A program made the translations under genes and the position numbers. Of a stretch of DNA of 64,000 nucleotides, positions 13,121 through 24,116 are shown in pieces (the stretch's first letter is position 1; each line of letters begins with the position of its first letter). The DNA is from Negaprion brevirostris (taxonomy: Eukaryota), in the NCBI GenBank assembly GCA_030324005.1, contig JARDVH010000001.1:122230341-122294340 (forward strand), written 5' to 3'. The notes under the pieces were generated by a model that saw only the letters and a list, made by a program, of their open reading frames with translations, was not told the origin of the DNA and searched no databases.

Positions 13121-13764
13121 GGTCCCTTTACACTTGATTGGTTGCTCTTGGTTGTCCATAACACGACTCCCTCAATGCTGCCTTTGTAAAATTTTGACAT
13201 TTTCTCTCTATTCCCATTTCCAACTACTCATAGGTAAATGAGTTTACAGCAGTGGTACCAACCAGTTTGTTAGCCATTACATTCCTGCCCCACCCCCATT
13301 TCCAGAAACTTCCTTACATGCTACTTTCTGTCACCCCACCTTTTCTATGCTTTGAAATCCTCCATGCTTCCATATTATCAGCTTTGCTGATTCCTATTTG
13401 AACAATGTCCATGGAATTCTCTTCTTTCAAAGATCCAATAGCGCCCCCTCAAAGAAATGCAAGGTTTGTAAAGCATTATCTTTGCTTCCATAAAGGTATG
13501 ACCATACTTCACTAGTAATTTCAGGATAGCCTTTAATATTTTACCCACAACAGGCATCAGGCTGATCAGCAGATCATTTAAAGGATCATCCAGTTTGCCT
13601 TTTCCAAGCAGCCCCAGAAATCTGTTATCTCAGTAGTTACCTCCAGCACTGACACAGAGTCATCAGAGGAGCATTTAATTTTCACGAGGCTAAGAGGGTA
13701 CAATGCCACCATGAACATACTGCCAGCACTTGTCTTCCCCTCACATTTCGAAAGTCCAGACATG

Positions 13765-13875
13765 TTTCTCCACATTACAATACTAAGTACACTTCAGTAT
13801 TACCCCATCAGCTGTAATGTGCTTTGTGCTATCCTCAGATCATTAAAGGTGCAATAGAAATACAAGGTTTATTTT
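13765..13875 (+). mobile_element. Deu-SINE/L2-type 3' tail
   Basis: cacattacaa...tacacttcag...ctgtaatgtgctttg...aaaggtgcaatagaaatacaag. Confidence 0.5.
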
Positions 13876-15232
13876 AACCTCCTTTGTTCCCTGTGCAGAT
13901 TTTCATTTTTCCCTGTTATTTCTTATACAAGAGTTTAAACAGCATTCATAATGCAGACATTTTGTATTTAGAATTATGTTCATTGGTTCACCACTATGCT
14001 TTGTCCCTCTAACAATCTATTCCCATCTAGCCCCATTACAAACATAACATTGATACAGCACAATCCTAAGTGCTTCAGCAAGGTATAATCAAAAGAGGGC
14101 CAACCAAAACAGGAGACATCAAGATGATAACCCAGAGCTTGGTTAGTCAGACATAGATTCACTATTCTCTCAAAATCCACTGCTCTAAAATTAGGAGCTT
14201 CAATTGTACTCTCCTTATTCATGCAGAGTCTGATTCCAAATCTGTAATATTTCTTTAAAATATTTTCAGAAATAAAAATGCAATTGATAAGAGGCTTTTT
14301 TGATTAAAATACAATTTCATCTTCACCTTGGAATTATTTGTCAAATCCTCCAGAAGAAGAAAGTGAAAATCTTTTCAAAACAAAACACCATTCACCAGAT
14401 ATTTTTGAATGGATAACCCAATTAAAGCAGTAGAAATATACACATGCAAATTATTACACCAATACAAGTTTGTGAAATATTCAAAAATAAATAAAAGTCA
14501 ACTTAATAGAACTGGTGCCTTGAAGCTTTGAATTTCATTTTAGACAGGATTGTACCAATGGGACATTGATCTATCTAGGGCAAGTTTTAGCTCTGCTAAA
14601 TTTAGGTGTTTTGGAGGCCACGGTACGAATTTTGTGTCTCTTAAAATAAGTTAAAACCCCAATCTTTCCTTCACCATAAACCATTTCTTTACACTTTCAC
14701 TTTCAGTAAAGGCATCAACGAATTAAAAGAGATGTATAGGTATAGCATGTTTACATTCTAAACGCATTAACTATATATTTGATGCAACCAATTCTCTAGT
14801 TTGTACTATATAAAAAAAGGATCGGGGTAAAGCCGCATGCAGCACACACAATGGTTGTGGGGTGGCAGCATTCACTGACTCATTGCAACTTGTAGGTAGT
14901 GGGGGTTAGTGTTGGGGGGGAAGGAAATGGGGTTGTTGCCTGTTATTTGTTTGAGTAATCAATACATCTTGAATGCGAAATCTGATCTTCAAACAGAAAG
15001 CAGGGGTCCCTGGCAGCCGTTTCTATGAGGGAAGATTCTTCCCCAGCCCTTCATTGCCTCCAGTATAGAGACGCCACTTGCTTCCCTGCATCTGCTCCGC
15101 CTGTAGAAACGGTTTAATTCCCGGGCTGATCTCAGTCCCAAACAGCAGCTCTTTGTCCTGTTGTTTTAAAAAAGTGGCACAAATAAGCACTGTGCCGGCG
15201 TCCCCCTCCTTAGCACAGTCCCCAATGCCTAC

Positions 15233-15380
15233 CTGCAAGCTCGCTTTATTTCTGATGACTGGCCTCAATGAAAGATCAGGACGCTGCCACCAATGTTGTT
15301 TCTTTTTAACAGAGAGGCAGAATTGCCGTCAGTCACATGTTGATCAATAACCACAGGATCTGAATCTAATGTCCTGCAAT
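15233..15380 (-). other. Candidate non-coding (5' UTR) exon
   Basis: Minus-strand acceptor gtcttttctgcag| and donor CAG|GTAGGC; 148 nt, stops in all three frames; lies in non-repetitive CpG-enriched DNA. Confidence 0.45.
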
Positions 15381-15479
15381 CTGCAGAAAAGACCAGCCTG
15401 GCGTGGCCCTTCCCTACTACACACACACACTTCCTTTTCACATTAATGATACTTAGGTGGTCCTTTGTAATTAATAGCC

Positions 15480-15970
15480 TTTAAAAAAAATACTTGCACC
15501 AAATCCGGTTCTGCCACTTCCTCGGCAGCGCTTGTCGAAGCTGCAGCCGTTGTTAGACTGGGACTGAAGAGGGTGGAGGGGTTGGAGACACACAGCACCG
15601 CAAACTCCCAAAGCAAACAACAGGCAGTTTCTCACCCACACCACAGCTCTGCCTCCAGCCTCCAGCCCCTCACTGCGAACACGGTTACAGCGAAAACCAG
15701 CCTCTGAAATTATAGCTGCCACAGAGACACAACTGTAGGTTGGTCTGACGGCGAAGGTGAGCAGTGAGGCAGTGCTGAGTGAAAGGCGGTGAAGACACTC
15801 TCTCTCTCTCTCTCTCTGCCACTGCAACAAGCGGCTGGAGCACACACAGGGCGGCCAGGCTGGCACTCACTCCCTCAGGGATACACACCTACCTTCTCCC
15901 ACCGTGTCCCAGCTTCCCAGACAAGCTTCTCCCTGCGCTGCTCCCCAACCCCAGCACAAATCCAGCTTGA
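15480..15970 (-). promoter_or_regulatory. Candidate promoter / first-exon region
   Basis: Local CpG and GC enrichment versus the window, absence of TEs, (GA)n tract, several minus-strand donors (AAG|GTAGGT at 15892, GTGAGT at 15870, GTGAGA at 15635). Confidence 0.45.
15798..15817. repeat. (CT)n microsatellite
   Basis: ctctctctctctctctctct. Confidence 0.95.
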
Positions 15971-15977
15971 TGCTTTC

Positions 15978-16341
15978 TTATCCCGGGAATAGTCCAGATT
16001 CATGTCCTCTCATCCCGGGAATATTCCAGATGGATGCTCTCCCATCCCGGAAACAGTGTAGGATAATTCTCCCCAGTCCTGGGATTGGTCCGGATTGATG
16101 TTGTTCTATCCCGGGATTGGGAATACTCTGGTACAATGTTCTATCCCTCTGGGAATCTCGCTCTCTTATCCCGAGAATACTTTGAGACTCTCCACTATCC
16201 AGGGATTGGGAATACTCTGGGACTCTTTCCCAGGGTTGGGAACACTCTGGGACTCTCCTATCCCGGGATTGGGAATACTCTGGGACTCTTTCCCAGGGTT
16301 GGGAACACTCTGGGACTCTCCTATCCCGGGATTGGGAATAC
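15978..16341. repeat. Minisatellite, 30-33 bp monomers forming a 63-bp dimer
   Basis: tcccgggattgggaatactctgggactctt + tcccagggttgggaacactctgggactctccta repeated at 16198-16260 and 16261-16323; diverged TCCCGGGA monomers to the left; runs into a gap. Confidence 0.9.
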
Positions 16342-16397
16342 NNNNNNNNNNNNNNNNNNNNNNNNNNNNNNNNNNNNNNNNNNNNNNNNNNNNNNNN

Positions 16398-17035
16398 ATC
16401 TTCACCCCAGTTCACCCTAACCTTTAAGCTCTAACCTTTAACCTAACCCTTAATCCCAACACCTAAACCACTAATCCTCAACCCTAACCCTAATGCAGAG
16501 TCCATTCCCATCTTCACCCAAATTCACCCTAACCTTTAATCTAACCCTTAACCCAACCCCTTAACCCTAACCCCAATGCAAAGCCCGTTCCCATTTTCAC
16601 CCCAATTCACCTCAACCCCCAAACGCAAANNNNNNNNNNNNNNNTAATCTAACCCCTAACCCTTAACCCAACCCCTTAACCCCAAACCCTAACCTTAAAC
16701 CCTAACCTCAATGCAGAGCCCATTCCCACTTTCACCCGAATTCACCTCAACCCCGAACCCTTAAACCCTAACCCCTAACCTAACCTACTCGAACCCCAAA
16801 CCTTACCCTTAACCTAACCCTAACCTCAATGCAGAGGCCGTTCCCATTTTCACCCGAATTCACCCCCACCTCTAACCATAACCTTAACCCCAACCCCGAA
16901 CCTTAAACCTAACCTCTCCATTCCCTCAAACCCCCTCACTGTATCCTTTCCACATGCCCAAACCCTAACTGCACTGTGTCCTCTCAATACACCATCCCCA
17001 AAAAACTAACCTAACATCTCCACACCCCCATCCCA
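16398..17035. repeat. Composite satellite with degenerate (CCCTAA)n telomere-like tracts
   Basis: Core aatgcagagcccattcccattttcacccgaattcacc recurs about 5 times (16398, 16492, 16575, 16710, 16828), separated by ccctaa/ccttaa/cccaaa variants. Confidence 0.85.
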
Positions 17036-18267
17036 AAGCAGTTCACTCACTGCACTGTATCACTAGATTTGGTGCAAGGGAACGGAAAGGTATGTGGGAT
17101 TATTTATCTGCTACAACAGTACCAGAATTATCTGGACATTTAAAGTGTGAATTTTTAAAATGTGACTCTACTTGGCGTAATCTGTGTACAGTGCTGTCCT
17201 GCAGATATCCTGCTGTGTAATGTCTGATACATCCACAGCTCTGTAAACCTTCCTTACAACCTGGGAATTCACTCTCCCTGATCACTTACCTCAGAAATTA
17301 TATACGACAGTAATCAGAGTGATCTTGCTACAGCTCGGGGATATTGTCTAAAGTGATTGCTAGGAGACGGAGGTCGCCGCTTTACATGTTTTCAAACTGA
17401 TTTGTTTATAAATGTCGCCATATCAAACATTCGTCTAGTTTAAAAATCACCTACTCGAGAGAGGAGAGACTTCCTTCAGATCAATGCAGCTGTAGCGAGG
17501 CCTGTGTGTGCCGGATAAGGCGGATATTTGTTCCTTAGCGCTGCCACAGTGTTAAAGACCGAGCTCACCTGAAATGATGAAAGCTCCTCATACCAACAGG
17601 CAGCGCCAGCCCCCTGTATCCCTGCTTTCACTCACACAATAATCCTCTGGCTGGACCTTGCTTACAGGCGGTTACTTTGTGCACGTTAAGCAAACAAAAG
17701 TTTTCTCCTCCAAAGAATGATCATAGATTTAAGGTGGACCTGGTATGTAAATTGGCACATTTGAAATGGGAACTGTAAAACCGAAAGGGATCAAACAGCT
17801 TGAAAACCATTCATCCAGACCCTGCAATGTCGGGGTGAACTCAGTGTGAATGACCTCTTGACTCGCAGCTGCACTATTTCAGGTTTGCGTTTTTGTGTCT
17901 TTTGCTACGCACAATAAAAATTTGATAAACCATAAAGAAATGTTAAAACCCTCTCAGGACGCATTTTTTGGTGCTTTATTAGGAGCCTTTGACAACACGG
18001 GAGAAATACACAGCCTAATATTTACATGATCATTTCTGCAGCTACTAATTTGCCTAACCACACCCACACCTTCACTTTGATGCCCTAATCTCCAGTAAAA
18101 CCTTTACTCTCTGCCACCCTGGCATTCCATCTTGTATTGTTCTCATCACTGCTCCCTTAAATCGAAGGGATGCAGACTTGTTAAATACATAGTGGACAAT
18201 TGGTTTCACCATGGTGCCAGCTCTGGCTGGACTGCATGATCCACAATGTCCTGGGAAGTGTAGTTTA

Positions 18268-18380
18268 GCTGGATTAGTGGGATGAATGTGTGGGGTTACA
18301 GGGATAGGGCTTGGGGTGAGATTGTGGTTGGTGCAGACCCAATGGGCCGAATGGCCTCCTGCATTGTAGGGATTCTGTGA
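18268..18380 (+). mobile_element. HE1-like SINE 3' part
   Basis: tggggttacagggataggg...gatgggccgaatggcctcc-type tail ending gtagggattctgtg. Confidence 0.8.
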
Positions 18381-18384
18381 TGCC

Positions 18385-18770
18385 TGTATCGGCTAGGAAA
18401 CACCTATCTATTCTAATCCTGTTTTCGAGCTCTTGGCCCTTGTAGGCTATGGAATTTCAAGTGTTCATCTAAATGCTTCTTAAATGTTGTGTTGGTTCCT
18501 GCCTTTACCACCCTTTCAGGCAATGAGTTCCAGATTCCTAGCACCCGCTGAGTGAAAAAATATTTCCTCAAATTCCCTCTAAATCTCCTGCCCCTTAAAT
18601 CTATGCCTCTTGGCTGTTGTCCGCTCTACTAAGGGAAAAGTTCCTTCTTATCTACTCTATCGATGTCTCTCATAATTTTGTGCTCCTCAATCGGGACCCC
18701 CCTCAGCCCTCTCTGCTTTAAGGAAAACAACCCCAGCTTAGCCAGCCTCTCTTCGTAACTGAAGTGCGAT
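18385..18770 (-). mobile_element. CR1 LINE 3' fragment
   Basis: HFSYEERLAKLGLFSLKQRGLRGVPIEEHKIMRDIDRVDKKELFP (ORF 18629-18814). Confidence 0.9.
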
Positions 18771-20660
18771 CTTATTAAACCCTTCTCCCCTGTCTCCTCT
18801 ACCTTCACCTTCAATAGTATGTGTAACAGAACTCATGGACTCTTTGTCACTAACACTGAGACCATCCAATCCAATCTTTGCTGCATCTTCCATTAGCCCA
18901 CCAGACGAAACTTCTTCTTGTAAAAATTCCCCCCTGCCTTATCCCTGAACTTCCAGCTTTCTCTAATTTCACTCCTATCTCCTCTCATGGCCCTTAAATC
19001 TATTTTCACAAAACTGTGAGCCAACTGACTTCTCCTAGTGCCCATGTTGGAAGATATTGTTAACGTTCTCTTTCTTCTGATGTTGTCCTTCTTTAAATGT
19101 GGAGTCATTATCCTCTCCTCAGAAAAATCCTAGATTCCACTGCCTTTGTAAATTATTGTCCCTTCTCCAGTCTCCCTTTCCTCTCCCTGTCCTTGAACAT
19201 GCTGTCAACTCTCAAATTCATGCCCATATTTCCAAGAACTCCAACTAAAATCGCTTCAATCAGATTTCTATCCCTACCACAGTATCAAAATGGCTCTTAT
19301 CAAAGTCACATGACAACAACATGGTTAAATGATCCTTGCATGTCCTTTGTAACCTGTCTGCAGCCTTTGACATGGCTGGCCACAGTATCGTCTTCCATAT
19401 GCCTCTCCACTATCTTCCAGCTCTCATCTGGTTTTATTCTTATCTACTCATTTTAGCCTGAGTATCATTTGCAATAGATTGTCCACCTCCTCCTGTAAAA
19501 TTACCCATTCTGCCTCCCTCCTATTTCTTGGCAACATCATTCAAAAACACAACATTAGCTTCCACGTTATGTTAGTGACATCCAGCTCTGGCTGAACACC
19601 ATCTAGCATGACTGCACTGTTGCTAAATTATCAGACTTTTTACCTGACACCCAGTACTGGATGAGTAAAAATATCCTCCAATTAAATATTGAATGGAAGT
19701 CATTGTTTTCGGTCCCCTTTTCAAACTTCACTCCCAGCCACTGACACCATCCTTGTCCCTGACAACTGTCTAAGACTGAACGAAACCATTTACAAGTGTG
19801 GTTATCATATTTGACCTTGAAATAAGCTTCTGGCCATATTCCTGCATAATCACAAAATCTGGCTATTCCCACCTCCATAAAATCCCCCTGACTTTGCCCT
19901 TGTCTGAGCCAGTCTGCTTTTNNNNNNNNNNNNNNNNNNNNNNNNNNNNNNNNNNNNNNNNNNNNNNNNNNNNNNNNNNNNNNNNNNNNNNNNNNNNNNN
20001 NNNNNNNNNNNNNNNNNNNNNTGAGCCAGTCTGCTTTTGAACCCCTCACTCATGCGTCATTACCTCTGGATCTGACTATTCCGGTCCACCAAGGGCTGAA
20101 CTCCCATAAACTGCCCTCTGTCAAGTTGAGGTTGCTCAAAGCTTTGCTGCCTATGTAATAACCTGCACTAAATCCCATTCACATTTCATCCCATGCTTAC
20201 TGACCTACATTGGCTCCCTGTCAAGCAACATCTTAATTTTAAAGCTCTCATCCTTGTTTTCAAATCCCTCCATGGCTTTGCCCTTCTCTGCGCTCTCATC
20301 CTTGTTTTCAAATCCCTCCATGGCTTTGCCCTTCTCTGCCTCTGTAATATCCTAAAGCCCCACAATCCACCAAGTTACCTGGGCTCATCTGATTCCAACT
20401 TCATGAGTGTTCCCAATTTTTATAACCTCCACCTTTGGCTGCCTAGCCTCTGATTTCTGAAATAGCCTCCATAAACCTCTCAGCCTCTCCACCTTGTTTT
20501 CCTCCTTTAAGGAACTCTTTAAAACTTATGTCTTTAACCAAACTTTTGATTATCTGACTCAATATTGCTAATTGGTGTCATATTTTGCTTTGTAATGCAT
20601 TTGTGAGGTGTCTTTGGATGTTTTATTATGTTAAACGTGCCCTTTAAATATAAATTGTTC
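18770..20660 (+). mobile_element. Decayed L2 LINE (ORF2 RT to 3' end)
   Basis: NYCPFSSLPFLS, SAAFD-like region, LTDLHWLPVKQHLNFKALILVFKSLHG; L2-type tail ttattatgttaaacgtgccctttaaatataaattgtt. Confidence 0.9.
20244..20339. repeat. Perfect 48-bp tandem duplication inside L2
   Basis: gctctcatccttgttttcaaatccctccatggctttgcccttctctgc x2. Confidence 0.95.
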
Positions 20661-21459
20661 CTGATTTAATATAATATAATAATAATGTTTATCCCATCAG
20701 GCAGGCCACCTTCTAGTGGTTTGTAAAACAGATCTTGCAGGAGAGAGCTTTAATTCAGGAATGTAATGAGGCTGTGACCCTGAACAATAGCCAGATTTCA
20801 GCCAATGCAATAAGATAAAAGCAAAATACTGCCAAAGTTTTTGTTCCAGCCAATGCTATATTGGCATGGCCAACCAGTTGAAGCTTAAATGTGTTTTCAT
20901 ATGTTAAAATTGACGTTGAAGGAGGGTCAGAATACCAGGCATTTGAGCTTCAATGGTTAAAGAGTATTTGACAAAACCTTTGGCAGGAAGTGACCATTAA
21001 AGCAATCCCAGCCTGCATCCCCNNNNNNNNNNNNNNNNNNNNNNNNNNNNNNNNNNNNNNNNNNNNNNNNNNNNNNNNNNNNNNNNNNNNNNNNNNNNNN
21101 NNNNNNNNNNNNNNNNNNNNNNNNNNNNNNNNNNNNNNNNNNNNNNNNNNNNNNNNNNNNNNNNNNNNNNNNNNNNNNNNNNNNNNNNNNNNNNNNNNNN
21201 NNNNNNNNNNNNNNNNNNNNNNNNNNNNNNNNNNNNNNNNNNNNNNNNNNNNNNNNNNNNNNNNNNNNNNNNNNNNNNNNNNNNNNNNNNNNNNNNNNNN
21301 NNNNNNNNNNNNNNNNNNNNNNNNNNNNNNNNNNNNNNNNNNNNNNNNNNNNNNNCTTCATTAGTACTATTTTAACTTACTTAATAATAATGATGTAAAT
21401 GGAATGGAATAAATCATTGTGCCATCCCAGTTTAGTACCACCAAGACAAAAATGACGCA

Positions 21460-21690
21460 AGAAAACACAGGATTCAGTGGTGTGGACTTTGGGATGCACT
21501 GTCTGACAGTGCAGTAGATTCAAGCTCAACAGTAGCCTTCAAAAGGGAATTGGTTAATTACTTGAAGGAGAAAAATACAAGGATTTAGGGAAAGAGCAAG
21601 GGAGTGGAACTAATTGGATAATTCATCAAAAGACTTGGCACCGACTCAATGGGCCAAATGACCACCTTCTGCACTATTCTATGATTCTAG
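21460..21690 (+). mobile_element. CR1 LINE 3' end
   Basis: ttcaaaagggaattgg...gggagtggaactaattggata...gggccaaatgaccaccttctgcac...ttctatgattcta. Confidence 0.8.
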
Positions 21691-24116
21691 GTACATGGGT
21701 GTGCTAAGCAGATGGCAGGTGCAACCTTGTAACCTAACACATTGCTTTGTTTCTCAGATAGTGCTTAGCACAGTGACAGACTGTCACTTCAAATGATTTG
21801 AGGAGTACAGAATATGCAGTATGTAGAAGATTACTGAAAGTGATATCCTCAGTGATTCACAGTCCCCTCTGCCGATGGCTGAATATATGAATACACTGCA
21901 TTGTGCAAACTGCCATATAGGCCAGGAAGATCCCAGGATTGCTCAGTTATCTGGATAAGACAGCTGGTTTTGTCTAGGGTGGTGGTAGGAAGTTGCCAAA
22001 TCCTCAATTGTTAACTACACTACACTGAAACATTCTATTGAGATTACTGGATAGCGATCTGAAACAGCAATCATAACTATTGGTTCGTTCCCTAACCTAC
22101 AATTGCTTGGATCAACTCTTTGTTCCCTACCTCTACTCCATTTAATATCAATTAACTCATCACAAACTAGGGATGAAAACTGGAATGTTCCTGATCTATA
22201 TAGCTCAGTACTACAAGAGGTGGTATATTAATCCATTGAATCACCTAATAACATAGTGCCTATGATAATGAACCTTAAATTTGAAGACAATGACTATTTT
22301 TATAACTTTATTTAATTTCCTGAGTTTTAAATCTGCCATTTATAAAAAGCAATGTGTTCAGAAATACTTGTAGCCCTTGATCGATTGATTTGCTTGAATA
22401 GTTACAGCCTGGATTTTATATTCTGAGATCAAGCACATGCCTGACTCGAATACATGTAAACCTTGCGCGAAACGGTATCATGTGTTGTGTCCCAATGTCA
22501 CTGCGTACACATGCAATATGGAGGTCAGTGGGAGCCAGAGCTGCATCCACTTAAAGGGCCAATTAAAGCCTTTAAAAAGCTGGTTGACCAGGATCTTACC
22601 TTGCCTGGGCAACTTGAATTGGTAGGAGGGGCAGAAAGGGCAGGCAGGCATCACAATTTTATCAATTTGTCATCCAGGGTGGGATTTTTGAGTTTTGCCA
22701 GATTTCCTTTTGATTACAGTAGTTTTCAAAGCTGTTTCACCTACAAAGATGTGTAAAAGTTCTAACAGAATAGATCAGTCTGTACAATCCATGGGGAGTA
22801 CAGATTTTTACAAATGATGTTGTCTTGAAAATCCATGGACATTGGGCACATTGTCACTGTAATTATGTGGGTAGGGTGGAGTGGGGTGGGTAGGGTGTTG
22901 GGCCGGTGATTAAGTTGAGGGTAGGGGCTCTCTGAATGTCAAACTCCCATGACTCAGGCCTTCATTATGACCCAGCACACAGATACTGCAGGTTTGTCAC
23001 GAGGAGTGTCCCAACTGACCCAACAGCAGGGTAGTATATGATCAGATCACTGCATCATTAAAAATGGCTTTTTAAAAAAGCATTCCCTACAAAAGGCAAT
23101 AACCACACTTTGTTTNNNNNNNNNNNNNNNNNNNTAGAACCTCCCCCCCCCCCAAACATGATCACTACCCATTTCTGTGCTATCTCAGCCAGGCAGTTCA
23201 GAGCTGCTGCAAAAGCAGGTAAACTAGACGGCCCCTTGATGGCATGAGTTCAAGTGAGATGTAAATTGAGTCCAAGTCTAGCCGCTCAGATTGGTGTAAA
23301 AATCCAATATGCCTGTCTATGGAAGAGCTTGCTTTATGTAAATCAGCCCTCCGAGATGTTTCCACATTATAGCTGTATCCATACTACAAAAAGGATAGCC
23401 CATCACCTGGCAATTGCACCTTTCTGGAGTATGATCGACAATACTCTGAGGACTGACAGGTGGTGGCATTAGGGTTCCTAAGTAAGGCACTATCCAATCT
23501 GGGATAGACCTTCATGTGCTGGTGTTTGATAGTCCAGTTGATGATGAAATCAGTATCTTAATCAACCAATTTTAATCTTGTGAAAACTAAAAGGATCTTT
23601 GTTTACACCTCAGCTGAATGTTTCAACATGGGACCAGGGTCAGATTAGGAGTAGGGGATCTACTTTTGCTTTTGCTATAAATATAATTATAAAGATCCAT
23701 ATGGTTTCAGAGTTGGTTATTTTTAAAATGCCACATTGAATACAATATATTTGCATTTTATTTTTAGCTCCATGTTATGTCCTATAACGACAACCTGAAA
23801 ATTACAAGTTGCTTGCAGTAAGGTGATGTCATTGCAGTGTAGGTTGTATGAATCACTGCAGCAACAAAAAGGATTTTCAAAATGGCTGGTGTATTGCAAC
23901 ATGTGGGAGAATGTTGACTGAAGTGCATAATTACGTCTCTTTTCGCACTAACTGCCATGGAAGGTGGTGAGTTGTTACAACAGCAACTGATGTTTAATAT
24001 AGTGCCTGTAAATTTAAAATAGATTGAGTAGAATGACACCAAAAGTCCAGCCTAGAATGGAGATGGTTGGATAATTCACCTGCCAATCAGATCGGAAGAC
24101 CACTGTAAGTTGCTAA

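Noticed and set aside
15471-15866. 131-aa minus-strand ORF in the CpG-rich region
   Set aside because: Runs through a (GA)n tract, no recognisable domain; expected by chance in GC-rich UTR sequence
16108-16341. Regularly spaced repeats superficially like a CRISPR array
   Set aside because: Head-to-tail tandem units with no unique spacers, no cas genes, vertebrate context
19905-20038. Direct repeat tgagccagtctgctttt on both sides of a gap
   Set aside because: Contig overlap across a 100-N placeholder inside a continuous L2; assembly artefact
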